A stretch of DNA of 64,000 nt from Flectonema sp. DT1601. Lineage: Eukaryota. A program made the position numbers and the translations under genes. The first letter of the stretch is position 1. Each line of letters starts with the position of its first letter. The stretch covers positions 1,426,001-1,490,000 of the forward strand of contig OZ025787.1 in assembly GCA_964019425.1 (NCBI GenBank), written 5' to 3'. The notes beneath the pieces were generated by a model. It was not told the DNA's origin. It ran no database searches and saw nothing but the letters and a program-made list of their open reading frames with translations. Positions 10,692 to 23,200 of this stretch are shown one piece after another.

Positions 10692-12593
10692 ATGATAACA
10701 CCGTTGGATTGTGAGGGGATGCTGAAATTGGGATGTAGTCTTGACACTGGTGGTCTAGAGAGCATACTACAAGGAATCCATTCAGACATAAGACAAACAA
10801 CAACAATGTTACATACCCTCCATGAGGAGTTCTACCAACTCAGAAAACAACAAGAAGAATTTCGGATAAAACTAAAAGGTAGATTATCAAAATCTGATGC
10901 CCAAAGAGCTTTATTTGAACAGGAGCTACAGGGTCTGAGAGACGCTATCGACGCGTTACCTAAAACCTTTGTAGAAAAGGAGCTGTACACACCAAAGATG
11001 GCAGGCGTTCATCAACAACTAATTCAAGCTACACAACGAATTGCTGACATAGAAGCTTCAGAAGGTCGACAAATGAAAGAATATGTTAACGAGTCCTTAC
11101 AAAAAGTACTCGAGGAATGGTACGAACCCAGAGCAGCAGAAGTACGAGAACACTTAAGCTCTGAGATAGCGTACGTAAAGGTTCTTTGTGAAACAAATTT
11201 CAAAGCCGATTTACAAAAGACAACCGATACTTTCACGTCCAGACTCTATGGTGTTGCTGACAGAGCTCACGAAGAAGTGAAAGAAGTTCAATCAGAGAAA
11301 GACCGACAGATTCTGGTCGTCACTCGAATGCAAGAAGCAGAAAAATCAGAAATGAGAGAACTACTTGATCAGCAAAATAAAGATATTCGAAAAGTGTTAT
11401 TCGATGCTGACACTCGACATGTAAACAGATTCGTCATTGATGAAGAGAAGGTCACTTCTTTATTTCACGTGATGTGTATTGACGAATCCGACATCCTTGA
11501 AATATACAGAAACAGAGAAACCTTCGACATCGCAGGTCGTGTTACTGCAATGCACAACAGCGAGCCATTCGTTGAGCTCCGATCAAGAATTCAACAAGAC
11601 ATCAGATTAAGAATATCTCAAGCGAAGGAAGAAGATCAAGACGATCTCAGTAAACACCTCATCGAACTACAACGAGAACTCCGTACAAAACCTTCTCTCC
11701 AACGAGTCTTAGAACTAATACAAGAAAACCTCGACACTGAGCTATACGAGAATGTTGATTCTGTACAGTATCGCGTCTCTGAATTGGAAGTAAAAAAAGT
11801 CGGAACTGATGTCTTTGCCGAAGCCTTGAAGTCAAAAACAGACTCCAAAATAACAGATCAAAAAGCAGATAGAGCGTTCGTTAATAGCTTGTTTGAATTT
11901 TTGAGAGCAAAGGTGGAACAGTTTGCTGAAAACCAATCGAGTGACATAAGTAGAATTGTTGATGCGACACTACGAAATCAATTAGTCGAAGGAGGAAGAA
12001 CAAGAGAGAGATCCTCAACAATATTCGAAGGAATCGATCCAAATCGTTGGTCTGAACAACTTATGATTGGACAAGACGACCCAGCCTCTCATGCAAATAG
12101 AAAACCTTTATCCTTCGAAGATAAAACAAAGATTGATAATGCTCTCAACCCTGTTCCTGAATACTCCTGGGGTGCTACAAATGGTAAACGAGTTGGGATG
12201 CCGCCAAATAGAAATCTAAGAGGAGGTGCTGGAGGAGTAGCTGTCCCTTACAGATTTGATAAAGAACAAGACACTAGAAAGATGCATGGCGACCCAACAC
12301 GTTCTCGACCGCAGACAGGTAGAAATCAACAAAATGAAGAAGTTTCTCGCTGGGCTGATGTTGCAGCTTCCGGGAATGAAGCTCCCCATGATGAAAAGCT
12401 TCCTCCACTTCAACAGCAGCAGCAGCAGCTGCAACAACAACAGCAACAACCACAAACTCGATCCCATGAGGCCTACATGAAAGCAGTACAGAGTGCAAGC
12501 CAATCACTAAGTCACGCAATAGAGACATCACCCATGGATACTTATGTTTCTGAATCCGAAAGACGGAAAGTTCCCCATCCTCCTCTTCGGTGA
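10692..12593 (+). CDS. Hypothetical coiled-coil protein with disordered, polyQ-containing C-terminus
   Basis: 633-aa ORF, E/K/Q/R-rich helical composition; candidate acceptor acacag at 10671-10676. Confidence 0.75.
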   Translation: MITPLDCEGMLKLGCSLDTGGLESILQGIHSDIRQTTTMLHTLHEEFYQLRKQQEEFRIKLKGRLSKSDAQRALFEQELQGLRDAIDALPKTFVEKELYTPKMAGVHQQLIQATQRIADIEASEGRQMKEYVNESLQKVLEEWYEPRAAEVREHLSSEIAYVKVLCETNFKADLQKTTDTFTSRLYGVADRAHEEVKEVQSEKDRQILVVTRMQEAEKSEMRELLDQQNKDIRKVLFDADTRHVNRFVIDEEKVTSLFHVMCIDESDILEIYRNRETFDIAGRVTAMHNSEPFVELRSRIQQDIRLRISQAKEEDQDDLSKHLIELQRELRTKPSLQRVLELIQENLDTELYENVDSVQYRVSELEVKKVGTDVFAEALKSKTDSKITDQKADRAFVNSLFEFLRAKVEQFAENQSSDISRIVDATLRNQLVEGGRTRERSSTIFEGIDPNRWSEQLMIGQDDPASHANRKPLSFEDKTKIDNALNPVPEYSWGATNGKRVGMPPNRNLRGGAGGVAVPYRFDKEQDTRKMHGDPTRSRPQTGRNQQNEEVSRWADVAASGNEAPHDEKLPPLQQQQQQLQQQQQQPQTRSHEAYMKAVQSASQSLSHAIETSPMDTYVSESERRKVPHPPLR

Positions 12594-12803
12594 CTACACA
12601 ATTTATCATAAAAATGACTCCCTTTACAGATGATGTCCTTTTTTGATATTATTATTCGTTTCTCTAAATCTGAATCGAAACTTTGTTCGTTTAGTTACTT
12701 TTTAATTAGTTGTTAAGTTGTTACAAGAATTCGTCAATTTTTTTTAAAAAAAAAATTATTTTCAACTTCATAAGAAAAACCTTAAAAACAAAACACTTTA
12801 ACA

Positions 12804-13082
12804 ATGTGCACCACCTACCAGGAGTTCTCTGACAAGTTGGACAGACTTGATGCCGAGTTCAGCAAGAAGATGGAAGAACAGAACAAGAAGTTCTTTGCTG
12901 ACAAACCAGACGAGAGCACTCTCTCACCGGAAATGAAGGAGCACTACGACAAGTTTGAGAAGATGATTAAGGAACACACTGACAAGTTCAACAAGAAGAT
13001 GAGAGACCACTCTGCTCACTTCAAACAGAAGTTCCAGGAGCTTCTTGAACAACAGAAGAACGCTCAGTTCCCAGGAAAATAA
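12804..13082 (+). CDS. KMP11: Kinetoplastid membrane protein 11
   Basis: 92 aa; KLDRLDAEFSKKMEEQNKKFFADKPDESTLSPEMKEHYDKFEKMIKEHTDKFNKKM closely matches KMP-11. Confidence 0.97.
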   Translation: MCTTYQEFSDKLDRLDAEFSKKMEEQNKKFFADKPDESTLSPEMKEHYDKFEKMIKEHTDKFNKKMRDHSAHFKQKFQELLEQQKNAQFPGK

Positions 13083-13549
13083 AATTCTGGTGAAATCTTA
13101 CTTTAGAAAAAAAAAAAAAACTGTATAGGCGTTATAATTTTATTTTTTCCACTTTTTTATTATTATTATTTTTTTTTTTTATATCTTTTTAAACAGCAGT
13201 TGTTAAGTAACGACACAATCTCTGTGACGGATAGTCCTTTCTCGGACAGCCTCAACGAGCTGTGGCTTCTAGCAGTAACCTAACAAACGGGGATGGGGAA
13301 AATACATTTAAAAAAAAAAGAAAAAGAAAAACAATTTGTGTGAAAACACAGAGGTTTGTTATATTTTTTAGTTAAAGGCTTTTTTAAAAAAGTTGTATTC
13401 TTATAGTTGCATGTTTCCTTTTTTTATTAAAACTAGAAATAAACATCCCACACCATATGATGAGAGAAATGCGTTCGTTAACAGCCTTATTATGTCATTG
13501 GGTTTCCATTATAATATTTTTTTAAAGTTTTTAACATTACAAAAGGAAT

Positions 13550-14485
13550 ATGTTCATCTGTAATGTCGCAACAGATATCTACGGAAAGAAACACAATATT
13601 CGACTTCGAATGCCAAAAACACCTCCTTATGAAGAGTTAGTTAGGTACGTAGAATGTCATTTTGATGTTGTTGTCAGATCAACGAGACCAGAAGGGTATC
13701 TCGACATTCCATTCAAAGTTCATGTCATTCGATTATTCGATTCAATTATGTCAAAATGGGTTGATCTTTACAACTCGGCACAACTCACACACGGATGTCA
13801 ATTGTACGCTTTCCAACCAGAAAACAACTGGCACAGCGACTTACAAGGAGCGTTACCAAAAGCTCAAGCAGTTGTAACATGGCAAAGTGCTTATAAGGAT
13901 GCGAGAAGAAAAAGAGCGTTGCGTGCTGATAGAGACTGCGACACTCCACCTTCAAGAGCAGCTAAGATGGGTTCTGTTTTTGGTGATTTAGACATTGGAA
14001 GTAAAGGTTATGTTATCCTTTCTGATTTGAGGGCATCAATGAGAGATCTCGATATCAACGTGACGGAGGGGACTACACCAGCTCTGTTTAGGAAAGCTGA
14101 TAGATCTTGTGATGGTCATCTTAACTTCGAAGAGTTCTCTCGTTTTGCAATCCAACATCCCAACCTGTTAGACGCTCTGTTCTTCCGAGCACGTCCAGTT
14201 TGGAATGACGCCACAGCAAAGATCGCTGCCAATGAAGAACTCCTCGCCCTTCGTAGACAACGTGAACGTGAAATCGATCGCGTCCGTGCAAAGCGATCTC
14301 AATGGGAGCAGAGAACTCACCTCGAAAAGGTTCTCGAAACTCAAAGAAAAGCCTCCAAATTGGCTCGTCTACAGGCAGAGATTTCAACAATCAAAGAACA
14401 CGCTGCGCTGGATGACCTTTACTACAACACCAACCCTGAGAGGAATAAAAATAAATCGGATGATGATCACCCAATACTCGCTTAA
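13550..14485 (+). CDS. BILBO1-like protein (N-terminal ubiquitin-like domain, 2 EF-hands, coiled coil), paralog A
   Basis: VATDIYGKK..RP....F......D....WVDL....QL...CQLYAFQP...WH...Q..LP matches the BILBO1 N-terminal domain as recalled; EF loops DIGSKGYVILSD and DRSCDGHLNFEE. Confidence 0.8.
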   Translation: MFICNVATDIYGKKHNIRLRMPKTPPYEELVRYVECHFDVVVRSTRPEGYLDIPFKVHVIRLFDSIMSKWVDLYNSAQLTHGCQLYAFQPENNWHSDLQGALPKAQAVVTWQSAYKDARRKRALRADRDCDTPPSRAAKMGSVFGDLDIGSKGYVILSDLRASMRDLDINVTEGTTPALFRKADRSCDGHLNFEEFSRFAIQHPNLLDALFFRARPVWNDATAKIAANEELLALRRQREREIDRVRAKRSQWEQRTHLEKVLETQRKASKLARLQAEISTIKEHAALDDLYYNTNPERNKNKSDDDHPILA

Positions 14486-14905
14486 GCCTATAACCTGAAC
14501 AAACTGCTATTTTATTTGTTAATTTAGTTTTTTTAATCCGTTTTTTTTGAAATACTGACGACATTATAAAGTGCTATAAGTAGTTGATCGGTGACACGTT
14601 TTATTAAAACCCCGCAACTACAAACTTGCTCTGTATCATAATTATTAAATTTGGGAATCTTTTTGATTCTCTCACGAGAAAATCACTCGTATCTTTTGTA
14701 TTGTATTGAACTTTTTATTAATTTCTTAGAATGGAGGATATCTTACTATAAACATTTTTTTTCAAAAGCAGTAGATTTCTTTTTCATTTAACAAAGTATG
14801 TTGGACAACACGCACACGTAAACTAAATTCAGTTTGTGTCGAGACAAACAACAATTCTTTTTGTGGTTTCATTTCAGGAGGCAAAAAAAAAAGAAAAGAA
14901 AAAAA

Positions 14906-16013
14906 ATGGTGTACAACCCTGAGGAAATAATCGTACAAGAACACGGTTGTCGGGATGTAGAGACCCTGGAATCACCTTATACGGAAACAGCTAATAAAGA
15001 ACGTCCTCAAATAAGAGACGACCCACAGGTACGTTCTAATTAATATTACTTTTAAATTTTTTTTTTCAAAAAATTCAAAAAAAAAAAAAAAAAAAAAACA
15101 GATTAAAATATTAAAAAAGTGGCGTAGCTCAAGGAAAGATGTCGGACCAAAAGAAGATGAAATTGATTTTGAATTGAGGGGAACGAGTCCAGCGATAGCG
15201 AATCTGTTAAGAAGAACGATAATGATGGAAATATCAACAGTCGCTATCGACGTCGTGTTGATTCATTTAAACGATGGAGTTGTATTCGATGAAGCCTTAT
15301 CTCATCGACTAGGGTTAATCCCATTAGATATTAATGCTGACTTAATGAAGAGTGTTACTGGTAGTGTTGACCCACAAAATCCTGATGCGAGTTCCGTCGT
15401 GAAATTCACACTCGACGTCACCGCAACACGTGAGAATTATCAAGTGTACAGTTCAGACTTAAAGTATGAACCTCTGCCTGGATGTCCTGATTTTCCAACT
15501 CCACCGAAACCAGTTCATGAAAAAATACTTATCGCAAAATTAGCTAAGGGTCATCGTATTAAGGTAACTTGCTTTGCGATAACTGGAACAGGAACGCTAC
15601 ACGCTAAATGGTCTCCTGTTGGAACAGTTACATACAAACCTATTCCAATTGTAAGACCTAGAGAATCAATTCCACTATCAGAAGCGAAATTTATTAAAAA
15701 TCGATGCGCTGCTAATGTTTTTGACATCGAGGATGGACACCTTATTGCCAACCGACCAAAAGACTGTACGATGTGCAGAGAATGCATCCGAAGTGATATC
15801 GACTTATCAGACAAACGTGTTGACCTTGGACTTGAAAAGAATAATTTTATTTTTCACGTAGAATCAATAGGGATTATTCCAGCACAGGATCTTGTAGCAA
15901 AAGCAATGCGAGTGTACTCTTGTCATTTAAGAAGCTTAGCGACGCAGGTCAGATACGCTTGGCCTTCAACTATAGTAGAAAGTACCGACCCTGCCCAGGA
16001 AGACTATTTATAG
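14906..16013 (+). CDS. RPAC1: RNA polymerase I/III shared subunit AC40; exons 14906-15028 and 15102-16013
   Basis: SPAIANLLRR, DEALSHRLGLIPL, ILIAKLAKG, HAKWSPV, CTMCREC and FIFHVES motifs; the spliced junction keeps frame (…DDPQ|IKILKK…). Confidence 0.9.
15029..15101 (+). other. 73-nt phase-0 GT-AG cis-intron
   Basis: CAG|GTACGT donor, A-tract-ACAG| acceptor; contains an in-frame TAA; removal joins the ATG exon to the conserved ORF. Confidence 0.85.
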
Positions 16014-16480
16014 CTCGATAAAAAACCATTTCTCAAAGAGGGGTTTTTTATCGCGAAGGGAGCTTGCTTTTTTCATAAGCAGCACAAAGTCAGACGATGT
16101 GAGCGCTGAAATCAAAATCTCAATTTTGATTTCACAGGCAGCACACATTCCGTGTTATTTGCAACATAATTGCAACTGTATTGCCTACTAACGGCTTTTG
16201 AAGTGTTTTTTATTTTATTTTCCCTTTTTTTTTTTTTTTTTCTAGGGGTTTTCTCTAGAAACTAATCAGTCGTAAATTATCATTTTTTTCTCAGCACTCC
16301 AAGTAGTGCTCTGCTTCCTGTTCCGTTATCGCATTCTGTTAGTTGGTCATAGTAATATCTTTAGAGTGTTTGATGTTTATTTTATTCTATCTTTCTTTTC
16401 AGTACTTTTTATTTTATTTTATTTTTTGTTTTTTTTTTTTTAATTTAAAAAAAAGCGACAAAACAAACCCAACGTATCCA

Positions 16481-17395
16481 ATGGAAGATGGTTTTGTCAT
16501 TCGAGTTGCTGCCGACATCTACGGGAAGAAATACAACAGAGAATACATATTCCCTGTCGCACCACTGATTGCTGAGTTAATAAACGTCGTTGAAGCACAA
16601 TATGATGCTATTGGAAGGGCGAATAGGCCACCGGGGTTTCCGGATATCCCGTTTCAGGCTCAGACGTTTCAATGGTTCGACGAGTTGCAGTGTACATGGA
16701 TTGATCTATATTCTGCTCAGCAAATTACTAGTGGAGTGCAGTTGTTTTGTTTTCAACCTGAAAGCAGATGGCATAGTGAAGTTCAACAAGGAATTCCTGA
16801 CACTCCGAGAGTGATTACATGGGTCTCAGCAGACGGTTCTGGACGTAGACGAGACGGGTCAGATTCAGGCATCCCTCCATCATACAGCGAAAAACTCCGA
16901 TCTACATTCGCTGAATTAGATACTGGTAATAAAGGTTCGTTAATTTATAATGATCTGGCTAATGGTTTAATGCGATGCACTATGCAGTTAATCTCAACTA
17001 CTCCTGAAGAATTATTTATGTCAGCAGATGTTGACGAAGACGGTCACATATCTTTCGAAGAATGGGTTACGTTCGCTATAACTCCGAGTAACTTGGATTT
17101 GATTAATTCGATTTATTTTAGATTTAAAGATAATTGGAATCATCGTCGTGTTGGAGCCTCTGATCAACTTGCTGATTTAGCTATTAGAGATATTACTCGC
17201 AGGGGTCAAGAAATCTCACGAGAAGTTGCCTGGGCACAGCATCGACACCAAGCCCAAGGAAGATACGAAGAAGCAAAGCTTGAAGCTTCACTCATGCGAC
17301 AGGTTGCCTCAGAAGCTTCTGATAGAGAGCAAAACACTTATGAAATGATTTATGGTGCTTCTCCTACTTCATTCAACGATTCGTTAGTAAAATAG
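16481..17395 (+). CDS. BILBO1-like protein, paralog B (start at MEDGF)
   Basis: VAADIYGKK..WIDLYSAQQI..GVQLFCFQPESRWHSEVQQGIP; EF loops DTGNKGSLIYND and DVDEDGHISFEE; the upstream ORF extension is poly-T UTR. Confidence 0.8.
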   Translation: MEDGFVIRVAADIYGKKYNREYIFPVAPLIAELINVVEAQYDAIGRANRPPGFPDIPFQAQTFQWFDELQCTWIDLYSAQQITSGVQLFCFQPESRWHSEVQQGIPDTPRVITWVSADGSGRRRDGSDSGIPPSYSEKLRSTFAELDTGNKGSLIYNDLANGLMRCTMQLISTTPEELFMSADVDEDGHISFEEWVTFAITPSNLDLINSIYFRFKDNWNHRRVGASDQLADLAIRDITRRGQEISREVAWAQHRHQAQGRYEEAKLEASLMRQVASEASDREQNTYEMIYGASPTSFNDSLVK

Positions 17396-17592
17396 ATATC
17401 CTTCAAAAGACCTGTTTGTCGTTATTATTATATCTCTTGTATTGTACATTCAATTAGTTTCCCTTTTTTTTCAATATGATGTATGCTGTTGTTGTTTTAA
17501 AGATTAAATTATTTTGATATGATTAGAGACCTGCATTCGTATTTCTTATCAGCTTTAAACTTCAATCAAAAACAAACAAATAAATAAATAAA

Positions 17593-18048
17593 ATGGTAAG
17601 TGATGTTGATATCTTCTTCTTCCCTTTCGCAATGATTGCGGCCGTTGTTGGTGTTGGTGCAGTCTGCCTCGGAGGAGGAAAAAGAACATCAAAAGTTGTG
17701 AAAACCCTTCTCGAAGAGAGTAGTGATGAAGAAGAAATGGATATCGTTCTTGTAAGCCAAAAGCAGAAAAGTGATTGCAAGAAGAGAAGATGTAAAAAAA
17801 GAAGAGTAAAGAGAGTTGAGTCTCGATGCGACGATGAAATAGCAATGTTATCTCAGCAGTCAAGCGCAACATGCAGTGACATGGCATCGGCGAGTAGTAT
17901 AAATTTATCTCCTGTTAGCTCACCGTCAAGACCTACCTCAGCTCCTCCACGTTGCGACCAAAGATCATACGAAGAAGAACTTGATATTTACTACAGTGAC
18001 TTTACTCCAATACTACGCCCCCGTTCGGAATCTGTTACTATGTATTAA
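17593..18048 (+). CDS. Small hypothetical protein with N-terminal hydrophobic anchor
   Basis: 151 aa with ATG after an A-rich leader; FFFPFAMIAAVVGVGAVCLGG then a charged, Ser-rich tail. Confidence 0.6.
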   Translation: MVSDVDIFFFPFAMIAAVVGVGAVCLGGGKRTSKVVKTLLEESSDEEEMDIVLVSQKQKSDCKKRRCKKRRVKRVESRCDDEIAMLSQQSSATCSDMASASSINLSPVSSPSRPTSAPPRCDQRSYEEELDIYYSDFTPILRPRSESVTMY

Positions 18049-20247
18049 GTCAGTAGTTTTGATTTTGATCTGTTTCCAAGTCAACGTGGAAAGGCCAAAA
18101 AAAAAAAATAAAAAAATACAGAGCCTTTTTCTTGAACGGGAAAAAAAAAAAAAAAAACTGAAAGTTGAAATTATCGTGCAGTTTCCTTCCAGAAAAACTA
18201 AAAATCAAAAAAAAAAAAGTGTCCTTTTTACAATGTCTTTTAAAAGACTGCTAAGGGTCAAACTTTTACCTATGCCATTACCTACCTTTTTTTTTCTTCT
18301 TTTTTTTTACCTTTTTTTCCTCGTTGTGTAGCTCTTGTTAACTTGGTGGATTCAAAAAAAAAAAAAAAAAAAAATAGATCACTCGACTACAAAAAAAAAA
18401 CTTTTTTCATAAAGTAAAAAAAAAAAAAAAAAATTGTAGTTTTACCCCTTTATTTTCCTATTACTCTGACTTTCTAGTACAGTTTGGTGGGTTTCGAAAA
18501 AAAGAGAGAAAAAACAAAAAAAAAAACAAAACAAAAAAAAAAAAAAAAAAAAACGTAAATTAATAAAGAAGAACTCTATTTCTTCAATCGATCTTGATGA
18601 ATTTTGATTTTGAGTACAACTTTTTATGGATTCTTTTTTTTTTTTTTTTTTTTTTTTGCAACGTATTTCGGCATTCGATGGGCAAGGGGTTTGGGTTGAA
18701 CCCTCCTCTTTCTGAATTCCCGCTATTTACATCCGTTTTTTTTTCTTTTCTCTTTTTTTTTTGTTGGTTTTTTTTTTTTTTAAAATAATCTAAGGGGAAA
18801 AAAATACAAAAAAAAAAAAAAAAAAACGGAAGAACATTCTGAATTACTATTTTTTTTTGTTTGTTTGTTTTGTTTTGCAAAACCTTCTAAAACACTTTTT
18901 TTTTTTTTTTTTTTGATTTAAATTACGAGGATCGAAATAAACTTTGGAGAGAGAGAAGTTTTATTTTTGTTATTTATTTTTACTGAAATAAACCTTTTTC
19001 GATACTCTTCCCAACCTAAACAAACAGGTTGGATTGTTCACACTAACTGGTTTGATTGCCAACTAAAAATGTTGGCAGCAAGCACATTTACAATCAAATT
19101 ATGATTTTTTTTTTTTTTTTTTTTTTTTTGATTTTTTTTATATTCCCTTTTTTAAAAAAAAAAGTTTCTAAAAGATGCTGTGTATCACTACCGCACCAAC
19201 CCCTAACCCCAGGCTCTTTTCATCTATACTCGTTTTTCTATTTTTTTTTTTTTTTTTTTTTGCAGTCTAAAAATCTTTTGGAAAAGCCAAAGAAAACAAA
19301 AGAAGGAGAGAAAAAAAAAAGAGAACAAAAAAAATAGATGAAACCAGAACGAAAAAGCAGGTAAAAAAAAAAAAAACATCATTTTTTCAACTTCTGATGA
19401 AGGGAAAAAAAAAAGCAGGGGGAAGAAGAAAAAAAAAAAAAATCTTTTTTTCAACTCCCGATTTGATTTGATTGAATGTTCCCATATCATTTCATTTCAT
19501 TTTATTTTATTTTTTATACCAACAAACCCATTATTTGGCGAGAATTGTGGCATCCTGACTAACCTATTCCTTTATTAGGATTTTGCACCGGTTGCGCACA
19601 ACGAAACAAAAAGTGAGTAAAAAAAAAAGTAAAAAGTGAAGTTGGCCGATTCTTTTTTTTTTTTCCGGTTTTGTCACTAATTATACAAAAAAAAAAAATA
19701 GTTAGATAGCATAAAAAAACAAAAGTATCTTTTATTCCACATGGGTACTTGTAGAACCATTCGATATATACTGTTTCTTATTGAATGGCTGTAGAGAGCT
19801 TTTCGATTTTCTTTTTTTTTGTTAAAAAATAAAGTAAACCGGAGGCCATGAGTATCCAACACAAAAACAAAAAAAAACTAACTAACAGGAAAAAAAAATA
19901 ATAAGGGGGGAGTGCTTATTTGTTAAGTGTTTTTTTCTTTTTTTTTTTTTTCTCTGTTCTTTTAATAATCACGTAGACAACACTCAATTTTCTGTAGCGG
20001 ATTGCCACAGAGACCATAAAATGGTTATGCAAAACTTATTATTTCATTAACTTAAAACAATAACTGCGAAGAAAAAGAGGAGAGATAGGAAGAGAAGGAA
20101 AATAAAAAAGAGGGAAGAGAAAAAAAAAAAAGTCATGACACTGGTGGTCAGACTTCTGTTTTTTTTTTTTTTCTTAAAAGGTTTGGGAGGTTACGCGAAG
20201 TTCGGGTAATTACTGTAATCATAATGTTAATTACAAAATAACAGTCG

Positions 20248-20279
<32 letters not shown>

Positions 20280-23200
20280 CCCGTTCTCTATCAACCTATG
20301 CTCTCCAATAACACAGTGGACACATTACGAATATTTCTTTGAAAAAATCTTGATAGTTATCTTTGTTCTGGTAAATTTGGAAATTTTTTGCCGCCAAGTC
20401 ATGGTCATTTGGGTCTTCTTTTGTTTTTTCCGTCATTTTTTTTTTGGTGCAGAAAATTTAAAAATATAAAAAATTAAAAAAAAAGTAACAAAATAGTAGT
20501 AGTTAGTGGTTTTTTTTTTAATTTTTTTATGTAAGCTGTTTTAGCTTTAGGGCTTTCGTTAATCTGTGTAGAAAAGCAAAAAAAAATATAAAAAAAAGAG
20601 AAATTTTCTGGGAGGGAAATTTTTTCTCAAACTATTTCATCATTCAGTGTTCTTGTATAAGTTTAATTTAAGCGAAACAAGACATTTATCTGTAGGAAAG
20701 AAAAAAAAAAAAAAAAAAAGAGGGGGGGAAAGCCTTTGAAGCAATGTGAATTATGTTTGTTCCAGCAGACAGTGACTTTTTTACAAGTCATAATTTAATA
20801 AACAAGAGTGCTGTAGAGCTTTTTTTTTTTTTTTTTTTTTTTTTCATGCAGTGATCTTTTTTGTCAAAAATACTACTGTGGTGGGTAATCCTCTTGGTGT
20901 ATTTAGACTTTTTTTTATTCATTTTATTTTTTTAAAAAGTTTCTTTTCAATCACTTTTCGAATCTTGTTGGTTTATGATTTGCGTAGTCGCAAAATTCGG
21001 TTTATGTCATTGAATCGGGAAACTTCTCCTCGTTTTTGTTATTCGTTTGTATTTGGTATGTTTTTTTTCTTTCTCATCGGGAAAATTCGTTGAAATAGCG
21101 TCCAGCACTAACTGGTCAAACACTCACGGCACCTGACAAAATAAAAATAAAAATAATAATAATAAATAATTTGGACCGACGACTGTCGTTTGCCTAGTTT
21201 TTTTTTTCCTCCTCTCATTCTATTCACTTTCCTTTTTTTTACTTTAATTCACACAACAACGATTGCAAATAAAAATATAAGTTTTTTCTTGCAAAATTTA
21301 TGGCCGACATTTTTATATATTGTTATACAACACTACTTTGTGAAATGGTTTTTTTTTAGTGGAGGGCAGATTATTTTAAAAAATGGTTCTGGTTGATAAC
21401 AGATTAGGGGAATTCTCTATTTTCTGTGACCTTTATTGAGCTTAAACAAAAAATACTGTAAGTGGTTGATAGTTTTATGAAACTGTTGTTTTTCACTCTT
21501 CATTTTCTCCTTTTTATTCGATCAGGTCTTTTTTGAGGAAAAAAATATAGCTTTTATTTATTTATTTTTAATTTCTATCTTTTCTCCTCTAGTTTTTTTT
21601 TCCCTTCTTTATTTGGTGTTTTCCATTCATTCTTGTGAGTTGAGGAAAAGGGGGAAAAAAAAAAAAAGAATTATACTATTATAAAATAAAAGAAAACATC
21701 ATCTGTAGTTACGCTTAAACTAAGCTAACAAGTGGTTACGCAAATACATTTTTTTTTTTTTTTTTTTAATTTCGTCACACCTTTTTACGTAATATCAATA
21801 AATAACACGATACAAAAAATTACAAGATGAAAGTCTTTATACGGTACTTTAGTGTTTGCTACGTTGTTGCCATTATATGTGTTGCCGCTCTTTCCTGTTT
21901 TTCTTTTAGTCTGACGGTGGGCTGATGGCTGTGATCTCTCCTTTGGGTAGTAGCATTAAATTGTCAAATTGGTTATTCTCTTATGTGTTTTTTTGATGAT
22001 GTTTTTTTTTTTTTTTTTTTTTTTCCAAGGAAGAATCGAATAGTTGAGTTTTTTAACTCAATTTCGTTAATTGTGGGAAAACTGCAAACCGAAAGAGAAA
22101 ACTTTTTTACGGACTTTTTTTTTTTTTTTTTTAAAATATGGATTTTTATTATTATTGAAACAGTTTTATAATTCTTTTTTAAAAATAGAAAAATTTTGGG
22201 TCGATGGACTTGCAAATGCAGGTCCCTTTATCGATTTCAGCTTTCTTGATGCTGTTGCTTTAATAATATTTTTTTCGTTTTTCTTTCCAATTTTTATCAA
22301 AAAGTCCGTTTTAGAAGTCTGCTTTTTTGCAACTCCCTGTCGCCTATTCCTGTTTTTTTTTTTTTTTTTTTTTTTTTTTTGCATGTGTGTACTCGTTTCT
22401 CATTGGTTTTTCGCCGACTATGCCAAACAGAATTATTTCTTTTCCTCTTGGAAGTCTCATAGCCGTAAACATGCAGTGACACACTTCTGAAAAATCCCTT
22501 CGTGATGTATTTCAGCCTAGCTAGTGTGTTTGTTATGTTTTTTTTATATTTCTTCTCTTCTTCTTTAGATGTGTTTGCTCTTGATCACCTCCCTTTATTT
22601 GGTTTCTTTTCTTCATTTCGTTTTTTTTTCGACTTGCGCCTCTTCGCTTTCGCTCCTGGGTTTCCGGTGTCGCTGGTTATCGTGGTGTCTTTTTTTTAAT
22701 TTATAAAAAAAAAAAATTATATTTACAGAAATCAACGTCTTCTCTCCTTGGTAATCTTCCTTCTCGTGGTGGTAACTTTCTTTCTTGAGAGATATGTTAA
22801 GCATTGCAATGAGCGTGTCTCAATCATTTGTGTTTCTTGTGTTGCAATTCGTTGTGCACAGAGCGACAACGCAATGTTTAGCGAAGGTTACTAATCCACC
22901 GCACGTATTCTGATTGACTTTTTTCCCCTCCTCTTATTCCCTTCCCATCCTTTGTTTCTGTATATATCCAAAGTATTCCACAATACCTTTCTCGGCATGA
23001 GTTTCACGGATCTGCTGGTTGTTAGTTTGTTTGTTTTTTTCTTTCTTTCACTCAAAAAAACTGTGATTTTCTTATGGTGGGCATCTTTTTTGACAGTTCA
23101 CTCGGTTATGACAAGTAACCAAAAATAGAATTAATTCTTTCCGATGATTGACAGCCACCTCTGACACTGTTGATTAGTGCTTTCAGTGAGTCCTGGTGTC

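Noticed and set aside
15174..16013. RPAC1 starting at TTG 15174
   Set aside because: Better explained by the upstream ATG exon and the 73-nt intron
19394..19430. Other CUGANGA motifs (19394, ~52816, ~55764, minus strand ~7863)
   Set aside because: No stem II closed directly before a GAAA
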